Shown here: positions 7,574 to 10,924 of the stretch, piece after piece
Numbering within the stretch: the first letter of the stretch is position 1
Layout of the letters: each line of letters begins with the position of its first letter
Origin: Abditibacteriaceae bacterium
GTDB lineage: Bacteria > Armatimonadota > Abditibacteriia > Abditibacteriales > Abditibacteriaceae
Reading direction: 5' to 3'
NCBI GenBank assembly: GCA_031372065.1
Contig: JANMKN010000406.1
Coordinates: forward strand, 1 to 10,924
Length of the DNA: 10,924 bases
Translations under genes and position numbers: made by a program
Notes under the pieces: model-generated
Told to the model about the DNA's origin: nothing
Databases searched by the model: none
What the model saw: only the letters and a program-made list of their open reading frames with translations

Positions 7574-7602
7574 TTGACAGCTATTTTTGCTATTTTTACA
7601 CT
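7574..7602 (+). promoter_or_regulatory. Sigma70-type promoter of the secreted beta-helix protein gene
   Basis: TTGACA (7574-7579), exactly 17 nt, TACACT (7597-7602); predicted TSS about 7608-7610. Confidence 0.75.
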
Positions 7603-7687
7603 CTCGCCAACACGATGCTCGTCTCTTCGTGATCTGGCAAACGGCTGAAGGGCGACTCCCTTGTAACGCCGCAGAATACTGCTGCTT

Positions 7688-7693
7688 AAGGAG
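7688..7693 (+). promoter_or_regulatory. Shine-Dalgarno sequence
   Basis: AAGGAG ending 6 nt before ATG 7700. Confidence 0.75.
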
Positions 7694-7699
7694 AGATTT

Positions 7700-9148
7700 A
7701 TGTTTCATGTTTCCCGTCGTTTTGGCGCCGCTTTATGTGGCCGCCCTGCTTTTTTCGTCTTGCTAACGCTGCTCGGCAGCCTCGGTTTGGGCCAAACGGC
7801 TCGCGCCGCAACGTTTGCCGTCACCAACACCAACGACTCTGGCGCTGGCAGCCTGCGAGATGCCATTACCAACGCCAACAATGTGGGGGGCACAAATACC
7901 GTTGATGCCACCGGCGTTACCGGCACCATTTCACTCGGCAGCGCGCTGCCGAACCTGAACACGCCAATCACCATCACCGGCCCCGGAGCTAATTTGTTGG
8001 CGGTGACGGAAAGCGGTGCCGGCGGTAGCACTTTCATTTTCTTTGTGGATGGAGCAACCGCGAACCTCAGCGGCCTGACCATCAGCAATGGCTACGCCGA
8101 CATATTCAACTTCGGCACGCTGACCGTCACCAACTCCATCCTGAGCGGCGGTAGCAGCGGCCAGTTCGGCCTCTACAACTACGGGGCAGCGACCTTGACC
8201 AACTGTGCCATCAACGACAACCAAAACAACGGCCTCTACAATAGTGGTGGCACGGTGACATGCACCGGTTGCACCGTGAAGGGCAGCTACTACGGTTTCT
8301 CCGATGGCGGCGGCGCCTTGGCACTCACCAATTGCACGGCAAGTGGCAATGTATTCGGCGTCGCCAGTGCCAATGGCTCTGGCGCTGCCACTCTGACGGC
8401 GACCAACTGCACGGTAAGCGGCAACGACACCGGGTTAGTCATCTTCGATGGCACTATAGTGTTGAAAAACAGCCTCAGCGTGGGAAACACCTACAACGTT
8501 ACCGATTACAACATTGGTGGCACACTTACCGACGGCGGGTATAACATTATGAGCGGCTCGGCGGCGGATGCGGGGCTTAACCCGGCAGGTTTAGCCGACA
8601 ACGGCGGCCCGACCAAAACCATCGCTCTGCTGGCAGGCAGCCCGGCGATCAACGCCGGTAGCAACGCTTTGATTCCCGGCGGAATCAGCTTCGACCAGCG
8701 CGGCAACGGCTTCGCCCGCATTTACGGCGGAACAGTGGACATCGGCGCCTTCGAATTGCAGCCAGTAGGTCCACCGGCGAGCACGCCGAACGCAAAGGTC
8801 ACAGGTGGCGGCTGGATTTCAGTGACGGGCGGCAGAGCTAACTTTGGACTGACGGCCTCGGTTGACAACAAGGGCAAATTGAAGGGGGAGTTGACCTTTG
8901 ATGACTCTCCGAGCAACGTCTTTGTCAAGAGCACGGAAATCACCTCAGTCGTCGTCAACGGCACGCACGCTACGATTTATGGCACAGCCAAGATCAATGG
9001 CGCCGGCTCATACGCTTTTGTCGTGGACGTAGACGACAAAGGTGAGCCGGGAAAAGGCGTTGATACTTTCCGTATCCAAGTCACTCCTTACAGTTCTGGA
9101 GCGACAGCAGCAATTCTGGGTGGCGGCAACATCCAAGTGCATAAGTAA
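7700..9148 (+). CDS. Secreted right-handed beta-helix protein with choice-of-anchor Q-like domain and C-terminal post-COAP-1-like domain
   Basis: Signal peptide ending TARA|ATF (residue 36); N-terminal VTNTNDSGAGSLRDAI motif; Gly/Asn/Thr-rich beta-helix repeats (TLTNCAINDN, LTNCTASGN, ATNCTVSGN); LADNGGPTKTIALLAGSPAINAG...DQRG...DIGAFE; Pro-rich linker, then KVTGGGWI...ANFG...GGGNIQVHK. Confidence 0.85.
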   Translation: MFHVSRRFGAALCGRPAFFVLLTLLGSLGLGQTARAATFAVTNTNDSGAGSLRDAITNANNVGGTNTVDATGVTGTISLGSALPNLNTPITITGPGANLLAVTESGAGGSTFIFFVDGATANLSGLTISNGYADIFNFGTLTVTNSILSGGSSGQFGLYNYGAATLTNCAINDNQNNGLYNSGGTVTCTGCTVKGSYYGFSDGGGALALTNCTASGNVFGVASANGSGAATLTATNCTVSGNDTGLVIFDGTIVLKNSLSVGNTYNVTDYNIGGTLTDGGYNIMSGSAADAGLNPAGLADNGGPTKTIALLAGSPAINAGSNALIPGGISFDQRGNGFARIYGGTVDIGAFELQPVGPPASTPNAKVTGGGWISVTGGRANFGLTASVDNKGKLKGELTFDDSPSNVFVKSTEITSVVVNGTHATIYGTAKINGAGSYAFVVDVDDKGEPGKGVDTFRIQVTPYSSGATAAILGGGNIQVHK

Positions 9149-9229
9149 CGCCGCGAGATAGGTAAACACGGTGACTAACGCACCGATGCAGATTGATGCG
9201 TAGATGTGAACACCGAGCAGAACACGACT

Positions 9230-9271
9230 CAACAAGAAGGGCCACCCGAAAACGGGTGGCCCTTCTTGTTG
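9230..9271. terminator. Probable bidirectional intrinsic terminator
   Basis: Perfect 19-bp inverted repeat CAACAAGAAGGGCCACCCG-AAAA-CGGGTGGCCCTTCTTGTTG between two convergent genes; T-rich tail TTCTTGTT on both strands. Confidence 0.85.
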
Positions 9272-9295
9272 CTTTGTAGCACCTGTTACAAGAAC

Positions 9296-10924
9296 TCATC
9301 CGGTCTGAAAAAACAGGCCGGTGCGCGTGCCAATCCACAAACCGCCCGCAGTGGGTAGTAATGTCTGCGCTTCAGGTTCAAGCTGCGCTACGCGCGTTTT
9401 CAAATTTCGCATTTTGCCGCCGCTATCGCGCTGCCAGACACCATGACGCGTGGCGATGAAAATGCCGCCTTTGCCGTCTTCGCAAAGCGCGGTGACGTTT
9501 TCACCCTTGGTTTCTGCGTTGCGCTGCCATTTCTGGCCGTCCCAGCGCATCAAACCACCGACGAAAGTGCCTGCGAAGATTTCGTTTTTAACCTTGATTA
9601 AACAGGTTATCCAATCATCGGATAAACCATGCCGTTCATCGTGCCAGCGAATTTTTCCCGTGGTGCGTTCGACTTCGGCGAGGCCTTTGCTTTGCGTGGC
9701 GAACCATAATTTTTCGCCATCGGGCAAAAGCGCCATCGGCGGCAAGCCTTGCAATTCGGGCAGGTTCAAATGATGTGTGAAATCTTGGCCGTCCCACTCG
9801 CTCCAACCACCCCATTGGCCCAAATAAAGCTGGTTTTTGTCCGACGCGATTGCCAAAACTTTTCGGCGCGGCAGATTTGAAAAAACGTTTTTCTTCCACG
9901 AAAAACCATCGCACTCATCTACCGCACCGCCGCCGTGCCGCACAAAAAGCGCGTCTTTAAATTCCGTCATCTGACGCGGCGCGTTGGACGACAGAAAATC
10001 AAGTCCGACCTGCTGCCACCCTTTGCCAGTGCGCACCGCGAGGCCATCTTCGAGCGTGCTGACAAACAGCGCGCCTTTGAATTCCTGCATCGCTTGCGCG
10101 TTGTGGTCGAACGGCTCATTACCTTGCGATTCCTGCTGCCACGCGCCATTTTGATAGTGCCAGATGCCATCGCGCCGCGTGCCGAGCCATTCGGGCGTTT
10201 TTTCGCCCGCGAGCGCGGTGATTTCCGTCGCTTGCGGCGGCACTTGCAGCGCTGCCGGTGCGGGTTGCCATTTTTTGCCATCGGTCAGCCACAAGCCGTC
10301 GCCAAACAATGCCACGCAGACATCGTTTTCGCGCGGCAAGAGCGCCGAAATATGCGTCCCGACGCCGCCCGGCAAGGCCAAAACCTCGACTTGTGGCTCG
10401 TCATTTTCCGGCGCGACGGAAATTTCTTTTACGCCTTCGGCTTCTTCCGCTTTGAGCTTTTTAAAGCGCAATCCGGCTAACGTCGCTTCGAGCGAAATTT
10501 CCTTCCACTTCGCTTGCGCCGTAACGTTTGACGCGCCCTTTTTCGTCGCAGATTTAATTGGCAAAGCAATCCATTTTTCATTCTCAAAGCGCGCCGCGCC
10601 GCGCGGGGTTTGAGCGACAATCGCGCCTTTTTCATCAGCGTGAAAACCCAGCACCTCATTAGTCGGCAACCCCTCGTTCGTGGTGAATTTGCGCCACTGC
10701 TTATCGGCTCTGCGCTGCAAAACGCCGCCCGCAGTCGCTGCCCACAAAACGCCCTCGTGCAAAAACAATGAGCGCACTTCGCGGGTGCTGCTGAATGACA
10801 AATCATTCGCTGGCGGCGCGGCGGGCGTAAACAGCGGAATCAAAGCGGCATGGCACGAAACGCCAACCAGTGCCAAAGCAGCGGACAAAATAAATTTGAA
10901 AATCGGTGATTTTCGCGGCGAAAT
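9296..10924 (-). CDS. Secreted beta-propeller repeat protein (two-component-regulator-propeller-like); 5' end beyond the window
   Basis: Repeated blades such as VLWAATAGGV, WLGTRRDGIW, LFVSTLEDGL, LWFATQSKGL, IFAGTFVGGL, IFIATRHGV, LWIGTRTGL, plus GLPTNEV and GLSDDWIT motifs. The frame stays open to the window edge (ISPRKSPIFKFILSAALALVGVSCHA), giving a signal-peptide-like N-terminus. Confidence 0.85.
   Translation of the reverse strand: MSPRKSPIFKFILSAALALVGVSCHAALIPLFTPAAPPANDLSFSSTREVRSLFLHEGVLWAATAGGVLQRRADKQWRKFTTNEGLPTNEVLGFHADEKGAIVAQTPRGAARFENEKWIALPIKSATKKGASNVTAQAKWKEISLEATLAGLRFKKLKAEEAEGVKEISVAPENDEPQVEVLALPGGVGTHISALLPRENDVCVALFGDGLWLTDGKKWQPAPAALQVPPQATEITALAGEKTPEWLGTRRDGIWHYQNGAWQQESQGNEPFDHNAQAMQEFKGALFVSTLEDGLAVRTGKGWQQVGLDFLSSNAPRQMTEFKDALFVRHGGGAVDECDGFSWKKNVFSNLPRRKVLAIASDKNQLYLGQWGGWSEWDGQDFTHHLNLPELQGLPPMALLPDGEKLWFATQSKGLAEVERTTGKIRWHDERHGLSDDWITCLIKVKNEIFAGTFVGGLMRWDGQKWQRNAETKGENVTALCEDGKGGIFIATRHGVWQRDSGGKMRNLKTRVAQLEPEAQTLLPTAGGLWIGTRTGLFFQTG

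Noticed and set aside
7625..7676. ZTP (pfl), c-di-GMP-I or c-di-AMP riboswitch
   Set aside because: Only fragments match (CGTGATCTGGC, GGCAAAC, GGGCGAC); the other core elements (CGCCTGGGC, GAAA loop plus GACGCAAA, GCTAAC) are absent.
7312..7708. Small ORFs 7312-7530 (+) and 7460-7708 (-)
   Set aside because: They span the MITE-like element and promoter region and show no coding signature.
9149..9229. Small RNA or ORFs (9008-9235, 9081-9338) in the 3' intergenic region
   Set aside because: Only a 5-bp CGGTG/CACCG stem, with no promoter or coding evidence; most simply a 3' UTR.
9450..10806. Alternative-frame and antisense ORFs within the propeller gene
   Set aside because: Shadow ORFs of a strongly supported CDS.

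Overview
Bacterial genomic window with seven credible protein-coding genes and no rRNA, tRNA or CRISPR array. In order: DUF1361 membrane protein (-); class III nucleotidyl cyclase-STAND NTPase-TPR protein (+); acyltransferase_3 membrane O-acyltransferase (-); cytoplasmic histidine kinase with no response regulator in the window (+); DUF72 protein (-); secreted beta-helix/choice-of-anchor-Q protein (+); 5'-truncated secreted beta-propeller protein (-). The intergenic DNA is structured: an inverted REP-like doublet and further hairpins at 14-250, a ~126-bp MITE-like element at 7334-7459, a near-consensus sigma70 promoter with a structured leader at 7574-7699, a palindrome abutting a TATAAT box at 5155-5173, and a perfect 19-bp stem-loop terminator at 9230-9271. 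The genes do not form an obvious operon, and I cannot demonstrate a coherent new multi-gene system. The best leads are the apparently intact cyclase-STAND-TPR sensor, the kinase with an expanded ATP-lid region, and the small non-coding elements. All family calls come from motif recognition by eye; no database search was run.
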